DNA of 64,000 nucleotides from Octopus vulgaris (GCA_951406725.2 OX597842.1:14880001-14944000); one strand, 5' to 3'; shown: positions 12,827 to 26,202, counted from the first letter of the stretch. The notes: a model not told the origin generated them from the sequence alone. Translations and numbers: made by a program.

Positions 12827-13741
12827 TACGAGCTGTATTCAAAAGGCGTCCAATATTTGGGTACAAAAGTATCCAACCTTTGTCCATTTCATAGATTTTA
12901 TTTAATCTTCTTCAAAATACTCCTCTTGGGATTTCACTCACAAGTTTTGTCATTGTTTCTATCATTTCTGGAACACCTTCTTGAGAGTGTTATGCAGCTC
13001 TGCTGTCCTCTCTCCGCTCGGATCGCTTCTCCTTCAGCGTCGTTTTTACTTTTGGAAAGAGTCAGAAGTCACATGGCGCCATGTGGGGAGAGTTGGGAGC
13101 CTATCGAAAAAGGGGTCTGTTCCTTTTGATCATGAAAGCTTGAATTACGAAGTGCATTCAAAATGTATATGAATTTATGGTTTCGCTGATATTCTCTGCA
13201 TGCACAAATCCTCCGTTAAAATATAATACACTGATCCTCTGCTTATTTCAACTTCGTGAATAATTCCTTGGACTGTTACATTACGATCTTCGATGACTAA
13301 TTACCGAAGCTTCTCAATCAGCTCCTCATTTCGCCTTCTTTATGGCCTGCCTCAGCGTGCTTCACTCGCCACTGAGGTTCGGCCATGTTTGAAGCAGTTG
13401 TACCACTCTTTGTTCTACCTTTTGCCCATGGCATCATTAATAAGAGCCAGCCGAATCTTCTCGTTGGTGTCAGGTTGAGTAACACTCAGCCTTCTTCAAA
13501 ACTAAATGCAATATCTCTGCTCGATGTACTCGTAACACCCGGAGACTGGTGCAGCCTACCGACGTGGTACACTGTTGCGTCATACCGGCGTAGTATACCA
13601 AGGCGTCAGGCTGGCGCGGCATATTAGCGAGGAAAGTTTCACGCATATGCAGGAAGGATGGCGTCACATCCCACCTAAAGGATTTTGCCCACGCAGCATA
13701 AGTTTTGGCGAAAAAAGCATACATTTTGGATGCATTTCGTA
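12827..13741 (-). mobile_element. Internally deleted mariner-like element
   Basis: Imperfect TIRs tacgagctgtattcaaaa / ttttggatgcatttcgta; minus strand near 12910 reads ...VKSQEEYFEED, a mariner C-terminus-like sequence. Confidence 0.65.
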
Positions 13742-14046
13742 CATAAAATAAATTGGAGCTGGTTCAGAGGTATACAATACAATTACACATACACACAAAC
13801 ATTCGACATTTAGGAGGTTCGAAATCTGGAGAATAGCAGTGAAAAGGTTAGAAGGTTGAGTGAAAATACCCTTTCAAGACGAGATAAAAGGAGCCAGTAA
13901 GCAGACTCAAAATCTGCACAATTCAAATTCTACATGAGCAGTCAGTACTATTGAGCTAAATGATCACTGACACTAAACGGTGCCTTTCACGTTTGGAATT
14001 TGGAAGCATTTTTCATAAACAAACATCAAAGTTTTGAGTGTGTTCG

Positions 14047-14050
<4 letters not shown>

Positions 14051-14086
<36 letters not shown>

Positions 14087-14188
14087 CATACATATATGCT
14101 GAAACACTCTTCGGTCATAACTGACCATGGGATTGCACCTAGAATGTTACCCTCCCAGGGCAAGTCCGGGATGGCAAGATTATTTATG

Positions 14189-14220
<32 letters not shown>

Positions 14221-14242
14221 TATATATATATATGTATATATA

Positions 14243-14283
<41 letters not shown>

Positions 14284-14431
14284 GTATATATATATATATG
14301 TATACCTATATATATGTATATATATGTATATATATATATATGTATACCTATATGTATATATATATACATGCATAGATATATATGTATAAATATATGTATA
14401 TATACATATACACACATATATATATATATAC
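14051..14431. repeat. (TA)n/(TATG)n microsatellite with an embedded short interspersed-repeat fragment
   Basis: Direct inspection. Confidence 0.85.
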
Positions 14432-15113
14432 ATAACAATTCATTGGTTGCTGGCTAGGTGGGTGGATGTTTGTCTACTAGCTTGTTAGTCGCTTGCTAGC
14501 TGTCTGGCTTGCTGGTTGGTAACTATAGGGAAAGAGAATTACCTAAAGCTCCATGCTCTGAGAACAAATTCAAAATAACGGTTACAAAATCCTTAACCAC
14601 ACAGCCTTACTTGCGTCCACATATATTTTGTTTGGAATACTGAAACTTTAAATAGACGAAGCGAATGGTAGGTTGTGTTTTATGTCTACAGAACTGGGTT
14701 GGTGTCCCACGATAAACATTGGAACTTTTTGTATCGAAAATCGTTTTTAACCCAATGTTCCAAATTTGAAGTAGGAAAAGATCCAGAAAGAAATATTTAG
14801 TCAATTCCCTCATCTAAGACATTTCCTACTTCAAACTTGGAATTCTCCATTCGTTGAATTGTCCTACCACAGTTCCTTCGAATATCGTCAAGAGCAAAGC
14901 CGATGTATGGAGACAACACCATCATGCTAATCCAGTCCTGCCCCCAGCATCGATAATTTATTTCTTCTTTACAAAACCGAGTAACCGTTGCGTATTTCTT
15001 CCTCCAGTTTCCAGAGAGGTTATGCGTCTTCAGACATTTGACACGGACGAGTTGACATTGCTGCTAATCGTTTTGTAGGTGCGAAATTAATGGTGCTTCA
15101 CTTTCGTATACAT

Positions 15114-15148
<35 letters not shown>

Positions 15149-15316
15149 CGGAGATGTACTCGCATAGCAAGTAATTTGATCTGAGATCGTGTGCTGAAAC
15201 GAAAACAATTGCAGCGACGAAAATATTTTGACAAATTAAACTTAAATGTTGAAGTGAATCGAACGGCTTTTGTGTGTTTCTTAAATAGCTCATAAACACC
15301 TTCCACGCTGCAATTG
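15149..15316. repeat. Rearranged (partly inverted) copy of the repeat at 17595-17785
   Basis: First half is a direct match to 17595-17660; second half is the reverse complement of ~17650-17744. Confidence 0.85.
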
Positions 15317-16904
15317 TATATATATATTTATATATATAAATTAAATCAGAGATAAAACCACTATTAGGCAAATAAAACAATGAAAAACATAAACCAAAAC
15401 ATAAAGATAAAAATGATTAATATAATATACAAAATATATAAGATATAAAATTTAAAAACTTAAATTATTTATATTTAAAATTAAAATTATTAATTTATTT
15501 ATTTATCATAATTTATTTATTTATTTTTTTATATTCAATATATATAACTATCAAAAAGGATATATATATATGTATGTATATATATATACGTACGTACATA
15601 CATGCACACAATAAAAATACACCAAACGGAAAATTCGCAGCTAATTCCTCATCAGTGATCATCTAAAACATCATAAAAACTTTGTGCCTTTAACTATTAT
15701 ATTGTACGCTTTTGGTGGAGCCAACGGCGAGGGGGAAAAGGAAATGGATGAGAGAGATGCGACGGATCACCGGTTACGTGGTAGTGGGAGGAGAGACAAA
15801 GAATGGTGGAATGTAGAAGGACAAGAAGCAAACAGAGGAAAATGTTAGTAGTGGAAGGAGAAAACGACAGAGGGAAGGCGAGAAAAGAGAGACAAAGCAA
15901 ACAGAAGAAACAGAAATTGATGCCAGAATTAAAGAGTTATATATAACGTTAGAGAGTAAAACAAAGTAAAACGTTACATATAACGTTCGAATGTTCAACC
16001 TGTCCATCACAAACGTAATTTTGCTTACGTATAACCAACGTCCTCACAGTCGTATTCTGATGGCAAGTTTCCTGTGTATACACATTTAACTGGCTTCACA
16101 TTTGTTGATTTTCAAAAGTGTAATTTATGAGAAACGTGGAGCTGTGTCGCGAAATATTCCTAGAAATCGTTTACTTTTATAGAAAGAATGCGTCTCAAAT
16201 CACAATCAGTCAAGTACAGATTGACTGGTTGAATCTGGTCAAGTGGTATGGTAAGGGGATCTTTGAGCTGTTATCTGTTGCGGCCGTCTATTACAATCTT
16301 GTGATAGTCACGCGTAAAAGTCAGCTGAAAGATTTAGTCCTGTAGATTTGTCATGGGACAGAACAATAAGTGAATGGGTTGTTTTAGTCTGCTATTTGTG
16401 TCAAGCAGCTCTGTGTGAGTAGGCAGCTATAATCTTATTTATCTAAGTTGTGGTGACGGCTCGGTGCAACTCTAGTGAAGGATTCATTCCTTCGTACCAT
16501 ATTCAAAGTGCCGAAAAATATAAATTACTCTTAAACTGTATGGAGTTTATAACATAGTTGAATCGTTTGTAAAAATCACTGTAAAACATGAATTATTTAC
16601 GCGCAGGAAAGTCAGATCAAATGTTTAATTAGAAGATATGTCATATGGTAGTTAATAGCTTTGAAAGATAAAAGCCACTTCTGAATCTAGGTCTGTTTAT
16701 CCTTTTGGTTGTGTCCAGTAGCTGTGTGAGCAGCTGTTATCTTATTTCACTAATGCATGTTGATATTTTTTGTGTTACGCATAGAGTTTTAGTGAATGAT
16801 TTAGTGTCTCTCACCAAATGCGATGAAACGGGTGAGAAAGTAAAGTTACTTTTAAACTAGATTAAAAATTTGCCGAAAAATATCAGGGGAATAGTATATA
16901 ATTA

Positions 16905-17365
16905 CACCCTGTCCTCGACTTACGACAGACGGTAAGTCAATCTGGTCGTATGTCGGATTTATCTGTCAACACTATTTTCATTGCAACGGATTATAAAGCT
17001 ATAAAACACAAATATTTCATCCATAATTATTGTGCATAAAGTGAAAAAGGCATTTGTACTCTATTGTACTTTAAAGAAAAATACAATCTAAAATTAATGT
17101 AAAAATTAATACAAAGGAAATTCCGCATACATACAATGGCAAAAAACTTGTTTCTGTGAAAAAAGTTTAACTGACAAGAAATTTTCATTCTTCACAGTTT
17201 TGTTCTTGGATTGAGGTAGACGGTGTTTCGAGGAACATGTTGAGCTTTGAATAGTTCTTTACTTTTTTCGTCATATATCTTACGATAACAACAAACAACA
17301 TCTTGAATGATGCATTTACTTTTTGTGGTCGTAAGTGCGGATGGTCTTACGTCGAGGTGAGGGTG
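16905..17365. mobile_element. MITE of the Tc1/mariner-pogo superfamily
   Basis: TA-flanked TIRs TA|caccctgtcctcgacttacgac ... gtcttacgtcgaggtgagggtg|TA; no coding capacity. Confidence 0.8.
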
Positions 17366-17718
17366 TACTTAGTTCTTAAAGTTTTACGATATCTATTAAA
17401 CATTCTAGTATTTATAGATTGCATAAAAATATAGTATGCCATCAACATTTTGTATATCATTTATAGTAAATATATCATCAAGCATGTCTTCTACGTCTGT
17501 ATATCGTCTGTCATCTGCAACTTGTATATTTTCCATATCTAGTATATTACTTATATCCACATGTCATCTATACTATGTATGTCATCTATATACAGAGATG
17601 TACTTTCACAGCAAGTGATTTGATCTGAGATATTGTGCTGAAACGGAAACAATTGCAGCGTGGAAGGTGTTTGTAAGCCATTTAAGAAACACACAAAAGC
17701 CGTTCGATTCACTTCAAC

Positions 17719-17775
17719 ATTTTTGTCAAAATATTTTCGTCGCTTTAAGACCGCCAACTGTTCACTGACAAAAAT
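17719..17775 (-). ncRNA. Minimal type-I hammerhead ribozyme, G3-C8 core variant, in a Penelope pLTR-like repeat
   Basis: Minus strand: ATTTTTGTCA-GTGAACA-GTTGGC(ggtcttaaa)GCGAC-GAAA-ATAT-TT-TGACAAAAAT; perfect 10-bp stem I. Confidence 0.65.
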
Positions 17776-18763
17776 CCGTGCTGCATCTATATACAGTATG
17801 CCATTTATAACCAGTATGTCGTCAATATCCAACATGCCATCTATGTCATCTATATCAGCTATATACAGTATGGTATCTATATCGCGGGCCATCTATATTT
17901 CCTATATCCTCTATATTCTCTACATCTCAAACCTTTCGAATATGTCCGCTGTCTACTGATTATGTTTTATTATATTACGCATGTCTTAAAAGTTTCAATT
18001 GTCTATCGTCTAAAGAAGATATCTTCTCTGCATTCTACGTAGATTTAATTAATTCCCTGATAATTGAGAAATTGATATTCCTTCAAAATAATAATATGAA
18101 TTCTTATTTTTGAGCAAGTTTTAATATTTTCTATCATAGTAATATTTGTATATTTATCGCCGTATTTAAATAAGAAGAAAAACTAAAACCAAAAGAATTA
18201 TATATGATTACCTTATGTTTCACTCCTGGTGAAATACATTTTCTTAGCGTCAACGATTTTTAAAGAAATTGTGATTTACTCAGTTCTTCTCTCTATTACA
18301 CAGGATGGTGAGTTAAGTTTACTTTAATGCCTTACTGTTATAGGTTCAGATCTCCCCTGATTCATCTTCACTCAAGACTTTAGCGACAGAAAATTGCGTC
18401 TAAAATGTTTTACTCAATACCTGAGGCACCGAATTGCCCCCATCTAATTTCTGGCACCAAATCGCCCCTAATCCATCATTTAAAGGGATCGGTTTACGTG
18501 GTTCTAAATATTCTCCTTGTTTAAATTAACTTTTATTATTCAAGGCATAAGCTATAAGAGAGTAGGAAATTAACATATTTTCGGTTTCCACCAGAAACCA
18601 CATCAATTTATTGCTGTTATCAACATCTTCTGGAACGAAACATGAATGTCGTTATTTTTATATTCTTGCTGGAATTATTTTATCCTTCTTTCTTATCAAA
18701 TACAACAGCGGCTTCTCTTTACCTCTCAAGTATTTTCACTTAGGGTTTTGTTTATAATTTCAG

Positions 18764-18933
18764 CGACCTCAGTAACAATAAAGATATGATGTGTGGATGT
18801 CACCTGCCAACCTTGGTAAATTATACTAAATCAAAATTCAGCAGAACTGTGAGGGTCCTAGGCGAGTGTCAGACAGATCCAGGCAATATCCAAAGCAAAA
18901 TTATACCTATAATGGAATACTCGCAATGTCAAA
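18764..18933 (+). CDS. Last LRR plus LRR C-terminal cap exon: DLSNNKDMMCGCHLPTLVNY...GECQTDPG...YSQCQ
   Basis: tttataatttcAG / GTTAGT; 170 nt, phase 2-1; LxxN..CxC..C..C LRRCT pattern. Confidence 0.88.
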
Positions 18934-18986
18934 GTTAGTAAAATCTTCCTTGTTTTTGTTATTTAATTATTAGCACTAACAACGTC

Positions 18987-19170
18987 GGCGAGTTAACACA
19001 ATCGTTGGCTCGCCGGGCAAAGCGCTCAGAAACATTTCGTGCAACCTTACAGTCTTATTTCAAACTCTGTTCAATTCGATTTTGCCTTTCACCCTCTCAG
19101 GATCGATAAAATAAGTATCAGTTAAACACTGCCGTCGATGTAGTCAACTAATTTCCTCCCCACAAAAAAA
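18987..19170 (+). mobile_element. SINE fragment with Nin-domain-like core
   Basis: ttttgcctttcaccctctcaggatcgataaaataagtatcag resembles the Nin-SINE central domain; related copy at ~34150-34330. Confidence 0.6.
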
Positions 19171-19301
19171 ATCAGGCCATGTGGCTTATTACCATAAGGA
19201 GAACTCCGGGATATTCTCTCCTGCTCATAATATCAGGAGAGACTGTATGTAAATATATACATGTACACATACATACCCCACACAATACACACACATATAC
19301 A

Positions 19302-19428
19302 GAGTGGCTCTGTGGTAAGAAGCTTGCTTCCCAACCAAATGGTTCCGGCTTTAGTACCACTGCATGACACCGTCCGACTAAGGCCTTGTGAGTAGATTTG
19401 GTAGAGGGAAACTGAAAGAAACCCATCT

Positions 19429-19496
<68 letters not shown>

Positions 19497-19700
19497 TCAA
19501 TCTGGGCTTGTCCCACTCACTGTCGCTTGATAGCCGATGCTGGTGTGTTTACGTCTCCGTAACGTGGCGGTTCGGCAACGTAAATGACAGAATAAGTACT
19601 AGGCTTACAAAGAATAAGATATGGGGTCGATTTGTTCGACTAAAGGCGGTACTTTAGCATGGTCGGAGTCAAATGACTGAAACAAGTAAAGGAATGAAGA
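19302..19700 (+). mobile_element. tRNA-derived SINE with microsatellite interruption
   Basis: gtggctctgtggtaagaagcttgcttcccaacc...ggccttgtgagtagatttggtag..gaaactgaaagaa; family recurs at ~51775-51925, ~55710-55840, ~59790-59915 (-), ~61040-61180. Confidence 0.75.
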
Positions 19701-19736
19701 ATAAAGTATAACACACACAGGCACACGCACACACAC

Positions 19737-19773
19737 ATGTCATATATATATATACATATATACATACATACAG

Positions 19774-19821
<48 letters not shown>

Positions 19822-19903
19822 ATATATACATATACATATACATATATATATATATATATACATACACACATACATACATACATATATATATACATATATA
19901 TAT

Positions 19904-19951
<48 letters not shown>

Positions 19952-20011
19952 CTGTATATATAAATACATACATACATACATATATATATATTTATATGTA
20001 TGTATATATAT
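19737..20011. repeat. (TA)n/(TACA)n microsatellite
   Basis: Direct inspection. Confidence 0.9.
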
Positions 20012-20242
20012 AACATCAGCCACAAGGCCCGAAATTTTGTGAGGAGGGAATTAGTCGATTACATCGACGGCAGCGTTCAACTGATACTTATTTATTGCCA
20101 AACTAATGAGGTAGTCCATAGACATAGGAGGATTCTGCTTTTGATTAGCTCAGATCGCCTCTAGCTAGCTATATAATGCACAAATCTGCGTCCATAAACC
20201 TTCGAACGGGATAGGTCATCAACTTCCCCCTGCTGGCTTGGC

Positions 20243-20287
20243 ATCAACAGACCGGTTTCGGGGTAGTTGCTCCTTATCAACGTGGAG
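20243..20287 (-). ncRNA. Minimal hammerhead ribozyme, U3-A8 variant
   Basis: Minus: ctccacg-TTGATAA-ggag(caacta)cccc-GAAA-CCGG-TC-tgttg. Confidence 0.6.
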
Positions 20288-20496
20288 CAGCCGAGGCCAG
20301 CAGGGGTCGCTGTTGACCTCTGTTCAGCATTCGTTCTATTTCTCTGGACTCCCAATTTAGTTTGGCAATATCTATTAATACCTCGTACTGCTGAGATTTT
20401 GAAATTATAACATTTCTATTTCTGAAAATCAGGGAATGTGTTTTACTGAATGGAATCTTCAAACAGAAGTCAAGTGACCCCTAGTGAACTCGGCTG

Positions 20497-20540
20497 CTCC
20501 ACATTGACAAAGGGCAATTACCCCGAAACCGGTCAGTGAG
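20497..20540 (+). ncRNA. Minimal hammerhead ribozyme, U3-A8 variant
   Basis: Plus: ctccaca-TTGACAA-aggg(caatta)cccc-GAAA-CCGG-TC-agtgag. Confidence 0.6.
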
Positions 20541-21001
20541 TGTGAAACAAGCAGAGGGAAATCCATGACTTCCCATTATCGAAGGCTTATGCAGGCAGAT
20601 TTGTGCGTCATGTAGCTAGTTAGATGCGATCCCTTCTCTGAGCTCATCAACAGCAGCATTCGTCCTACTTCTCTAGACTACCACATTTGTTTGTCAATAA
20701 ATATTAATACCCAGTACTGCTGTTGTATCTCTACTTTAGAGAGATTTAGACATTATAACATTTCTGCTTTTGAATATCAGTGAAAGCTTCATTGAATACA
20801 CACACACATATTAGGAGAGATATTAGCAGAGATAACCGGGATTAAAATGGATTTCAGTCATGTGATTCCGGCCAAGGTGAAACATCACATTTAGTCGAAC
20901 AAATAAACACTTGTCTTTATTCTGTCGGTATTTCGCCAACCGCCAAGTATATATATACTGCCTGTCCTCTCTGTGTTTAGCTCTTTGTGGGTAGTAAAGA
21001 A

Positions 21002-21045
<44 letters not shown>

Positions 21046-21050
21046 ATGTG

Positions 21051-21097
<47 letters not shown>

Positions 21098-21583
21098 AAT
21101 TTCTCCTGATGACCCCACAAGCCTGCTAGTTTCTGGTATTATCAGTGTCTTTTACTGAACCGCTAGGTTATGGCGAGGTAACATCAGCAACATCAGTTGT
21201 CAGAAACTTTTAATGACATTCACAGATTTTATAAAGGAGTTCATTCTACAAAAGCATAAATCACCAGTTCAGAATTATTTCCCTTTATTTGAGTTCTTCC
21301 ACAATTTTCGCACTTTTTTGAGAGAGCAAAATACAAATAGAAAAGGCCATCAAATACCTTCCATAGTATTCTCAGTTGAATTTCTAACGACTGAAATAAT
21401 TGTAAATGAAAGTCGTAACATGCTCTTATAGTCTTCATTAATAATTTTCTTTTAATATCTCACATGTATTGATTCCAACCTTAACACTTTTACATTTGGT
21501 TTACACCACAAAGTGTTTATTTCCTCTTATTCTTATACATTACATATTTCGTTCCTAAGTACGGATATTTTTGTATTGTATAG

Positions 21584-21675
21584 ATTACTCGTTATTTCAA
21601 CGCAATTTGCAGTGTCAAACATGTTCAGGTTTTACATGCAAGGAATCAGAAGTGACAACCTGTACAGGCGATGAG
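21584..21675 (+). CDS. aGPCR exon, N-half of Ly6/uPAR-like domain: NYSLFQRNLQCQTCSGFTCKESEVTTCTGDE
   Basis: ttttgtattgtatAG / GTAAGC; 92 nt, phase 1-0; LxCxxC start of an LU domain. Confidence 0.87.
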
Positions 21676-21829
21676 GTAAGCTGAAATGTTACTTTCTTCT
21701 TTTTAATATACACTTAACACTCACTTAAAGCCAATATGGCTACGTAACCTGTCCCAAGATTTAGCAAATTGTTATAGATGCCCATGAAATCGTAAGTAGC
21801 TACAGACACCCTCTCAGTCTTTCTATCCT

Positions 21830-23360
21830 TTAATCAGCAGAACACCATGGATCAGTGGAATGTGTGAACATACGTGCCTTGGAGTCAATTTGGAAGCAAG
21901 GTCCGTTGTTCAGGGACCTCCGATCGCATGACTTATGAGATATTCCTGTATCTTAGAATTTTCGTTTGAACGATGGCTATGTTATCAGGCAAGTCACTGA
22001 ATTTCAAAGTATGGGCAGTTATTCTCCACATCTGTGCTACCAGATGCTCCACAACGATGTTCTGAAAGCAATGCATTCGTACAGTGAAGGTGGTATTCTC
22101 AGTTTAGTAGTTGTGTGATACCTCTGTGTGAAGGGGGATCGATTTCTCAGGGCATTAGAAAGGTTTGCTCGGGAACCCTCGATCTCAATTAGGTGAATTT
22201 GAAACTGCACTTTATACACAAGGCTGTGTGAGAGTAATGCAAAGAAGGGGCTACAAAGAACATCGAAATCCTGCTTTAACGGTTCCAGGGGTCTATAGAT
22301 TTATGACTGGATTTTCCTGATGTAACTGTACAGACTCGGAGCATCCCAGATTGGTCATCTTAATCGTATCTTGAAAGAGTGTTAGGCCAGCAGATAAGGA
22401 TAGTGTAGGATACCCTTAGTTTAAAGTGAATGTTGGACGTGTGTCTTCGAGCTTGCAAAGATTACAGGGGTTACACTAATAAATTTGTGAAGCAATGCAA
22501 TAGTTGAGAGGGATTATCATCCACAACCAGTGGTAGTGCGTCGTTAAAAATACGAAGATGATGTTTAAGTTAGAGAGCGTTTAGCGAAGTGCTATCGATT
22601 GGGTCCACGCAGAGATGTGAAGCTTTCCCACAGCATTTCGTTCATGTGTTCGGGACAGGCAATGGATCGGAGACAGTAGTGTTCTGCAGTACTTATATCG
22701 ATGGACTATCGGTAGATGTGAAGTGTATCGAGAAGCCGATTACATCATTTGAAATATTGAGAGCAATAGACTCTTGCACAAGGCGTAAATAGTCCGGTTT
22801 GGATGGTCTGCCTTTCGGGTTTTAGTAATACATGCCAGACGAAATCATTCTGCAGTCACTCGTTCAATGTCCGGATATTGCTGATTTGTGGAGTTATGAT
22901 AAACAACTCCTGTCTGATGGGGGACGGTTCTGGCTATCAACCGAGTGCATCATGATGAATGCTCCGCCAACAACCTTTATCAGAGTAGGGAAAGTAGTTT
23001 TCCTCTGTCTGTTGACTATAACGAAGGGGGTTGTGTGGAAGATGTAAGTTATGAGTTCTAAGACATTCATCTTTTGGTCGAGGCCTCATTGACTTCTTCA
23101 AGATTCAATTAAGAAATAAATTGTGTGTGGAGAGGAAGGTGCTGTCCATAAGTGAATTTATTGAAAGGTTGGCGAAGACGGTTGACCTCGCAAGAGCGAA
23201 TGGCACTGCTCTAAACGTATAGACCCATGTGACGGAAGAAAATTAATTGGAGAGGGCAGTTGCCTTTAATATTCAGGGTGAGGTTGGATGGTGGGGTTCT
23301 TCGATTGGTTCCAGAGGTCCTCCTCCATTGCGAGGATCACATCACCATCATCTTTAAACT
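21830..23360 (-). mobile_element. Highly decayed retroelement relic, probably Penelope-like
   Basis: GC-richer intronic block; minus-strand fragments resemble a GIY-YIG start (SLVYKVQ..) near 22220 and the PLE RT C-terminus; motifs are degenerate. Confidence 0.4.
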
Positions 23361-24488
23361 CGTATGCCATTCTCTTTTATACCGTGCATGCTTATTTCCG
23401 TATATTTACAATTCCATTCTATGAGCATCCACACACTTTATGTCTTTATTTGTATTGGCCACTCATCAGTCGCCCATTACCAAAATACAAAAATTATTAT
23501 TATAATCATTATTATTGGGATATATATCCAACTTTACCAGATATAATTACTTCATTTGTTTTTTGAAGTTTGTAAATTATTAAGACGTCAGGAACATAGA
23601 ATTTTCGCTGAAAACAACAAAGTTTCTAAAACGGGTAGAGAGATTCGAAGGATTGCCTTGTTCTGATGTTACAACACTAATCATGATAACAGGAGATGTG
23701 GGTTCGAATTCCGCAGGCAGTCTCCGACACCATTTTTATCCAAGGGGTTTTCTAAACCAATATTAACACTCTATTATTTATAGCTTGCCTAATTCAAGAT
23801 TCATCGTTTCAAGAAAGAATTATCAAGAAGTGTGATGTTCTTCAGTGATATTTTCTCTCCAACTTTTATGCGAATATTGTGTATCTTCATTTTATTGCAA
23901 TAGAATATGCATGCTGATGAGAAATATATACTCTACCTTTTGAATCCATTTATGCATTTTCTGTTTTATTTGCAAAACCTGAGTGTTTAAGTCCAGCCCT
24001 TTATTTGATTATCCTTATTTACGGCAGTTACCGCTGCGCTTGTTTCCGTAGTTGCTGAGGTTCACACCAAAGATATTTCGTACACTTTCTATGAAGACTT
24101 CACTGTGCAATACGCAAAAAGTATCGGTTAAATGATAAGGTTTTCAATGGAATTTATCATTTCCTTTTTCCTGCGTTTGGGAATGGGTGACAGAGCGGTG
24201 ATGATATGATAGCGTTAGGTATCTTCAACATATATCACACATCATTTACAAGCGATAAATATAAGTAAATCCCCAGAACATTGCTTATTCAGTTGTCTTT
24301 CAAGACTTCATCAGTTTGTATCGATCCAATTCGTTGCTTTTCGATAAGTTTTTGAATAATGATTCATTTAACTTTCGCGCATACTAAATATTCCCTATGC
24401 TGTTGCTGTTGCTTGCAGCAGCAGTAGTAGTAGTATCTTCAGCAGCAGAAGTGGTAGTAGTATATGATTTTTGTATTTATTGCAACAG

Positions 24489-24672
24489 CCTGTATGTGAA
24501 AATAAGACAACGATGAATGGTGTTACACTGGAGTTTGAAAAATCCTGCAGCACATACAGAAAATGTCTTGCAGCTCTGAGAAACAATACCTTTACATGCA
24601 ATAACTGGACCAGTGGCGCTTCTTGTGTTAGTTGTTGCACCGGAAACTTATGTAACGGGAAACATTCCATTG
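24489..24672 (+). CDS. aGPCR exon, C-half of Ly6/uPAR-like domain: PVCENK...KSCSTYRKC...TCNNWTSGASCVSCCTGNLCNGKHSI
   Basis: ttgcaacAG / GTAAGC; 184 nt, phase 0-1; CCxxxLCN LU-domain signature. Confidence 0.9.
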
Positions 24673-25289
24673 GTAAGCGATGTTTATTTTCTTATATAAT
24701 TTAACCTGATTTATTAGACGTGAGTGTTTAATAAGAAAATTGTATACTAGTTAATATATGAAAAGGTATAATCGCCGTAATCAGTTTTCAAACTTTATTG
24801 CGTTCCCATTAGAGGTGCGTACATCACTTGACCAATCCCAGAGAAACAAGTAACACAGCTGTTTATATAAACAACAGTTCTTGTAACTTCAGACACCTGG
24901 AGACACTAATTTGTATATTATTACTATATAACACTTTATTTAAAATCGGCGTCCTATCAACAGAACTGTCAGTCGACAACGCACACACACATACACGTAT
25001 GCACACACACGCATACACACACGCACACATAACACACACTCACACATATACACATATATATATTTATGTGTGTGTGCGTTGTTAGTTGATGTGTCGGCTG
25101 CGTTTTAGGTTTAGGAGAATATATTCTTAAAAACACCTGAACGTAAGTTAGAGGGAAGTGAAGCAACTTACATCAGGTCCCTTTTTCTGAGTGACAGACA
25201 ACGATGCATGGTCATTGTTGTGACTTTCAATGTCACGTACCGAACAATATCTGACTATAACTATATGTTAAATGGCTTAAACTCTAATC

Positions 25290-26120
25290 CATAATTGAAT
25301 CATTTTCCGTGGTATCAAATACTTGGAAATGCCAAGAGAGGATATTCATCTTTATATGAAACAGAATATTCAAAAGTGAAATAGAAGCAGCACTCGTTTT
25401 ATAAACGTCCTCGATCACATACTTAATGTGTTGTGTGTTTGAAGGTAGACTGCGATTCAACGAGGGGGGTATCATCATGTCAAAGTACAAGTTGTTAAGC
25501 ATCGACGCCCATCCCCACTGAATGGAATTTAGGGCGAGTTGTCTAGCCTGTCCATGACTTTCAGGTGCTTAAGAAAACCCGGTGGTTTGTGGTAGTAATA
25601 CACATCACGCTGTTTCGGAGCCTACTATGCAATAAATCGTCTTCCTTAGGTATGGTCGAAGATATATGTAATTTAGAGATGTTTCGACCAAAGATGGGTC
25701 CAGGTAATGTCTAACTCAATAGTACAACCGAATGGGATTTGCTAAATCCTTCCTATGTCATATTTTGTGGTATCATGGCCCATTCGAGTAAGGAGTTCTT
25801 GTTGATTCATTTGTATCCAGGAATATGTGGTTTACTGACATCCCTTGAAGAAAATTTCTCCAGATTCCCTTCAAATGTTATGGGGTCCTTTCTCTCATTG
25901 ATCTGTTTTGAGACAATGTTAAATAAGGCAGTGGCTGTTGAGGAAAGGAATTTGTGTGGCAGTGTATCTATGTTCTGTGATTCTAAATTGTGGAGGGGAC
26001 GTGCGACTAAGGGTCCTAACCTTGGATGGATGCTGAAACTAAATTTGAGGTCGTTGGGGGAATGCTGATGGATTATTCTCTATATCGTTCAAATGATGTA
26101 TCGCTCACGGCGGCGCTGGA
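25290..26120 (-). mobile_element. Decayed retroelement fragment, possibly Penelope-like RT
   Basis: Minus-strand fragment SMLNNLYFDMMIP resembles PLE RT motif SFDVxNLYTxIP; many stops. Confidence 0.35.
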
Positions 26121-26129
26121 GAAAATAGA

Positions 26130-26202
<73 letters not shown>

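Larger units (their letters stand above)
20092..20790. mobile_element. Penelope-like pseudo-LTR cluster (inverted plus direct partial copies)
   Basis: 20092-20325 is the inverted counterpart of 20462-20700; 20327-20440 is a direct repeat of ~20656-20790; each inverted arm carries a minimal hammerhead motif. Confidence 0.7.

Noticed and set aside
15620-15660. CTGATGA hammerhead box on the minus strand
   Set aside because: Stem II is followed by GTTT rather than GAAA; incomplete motif.
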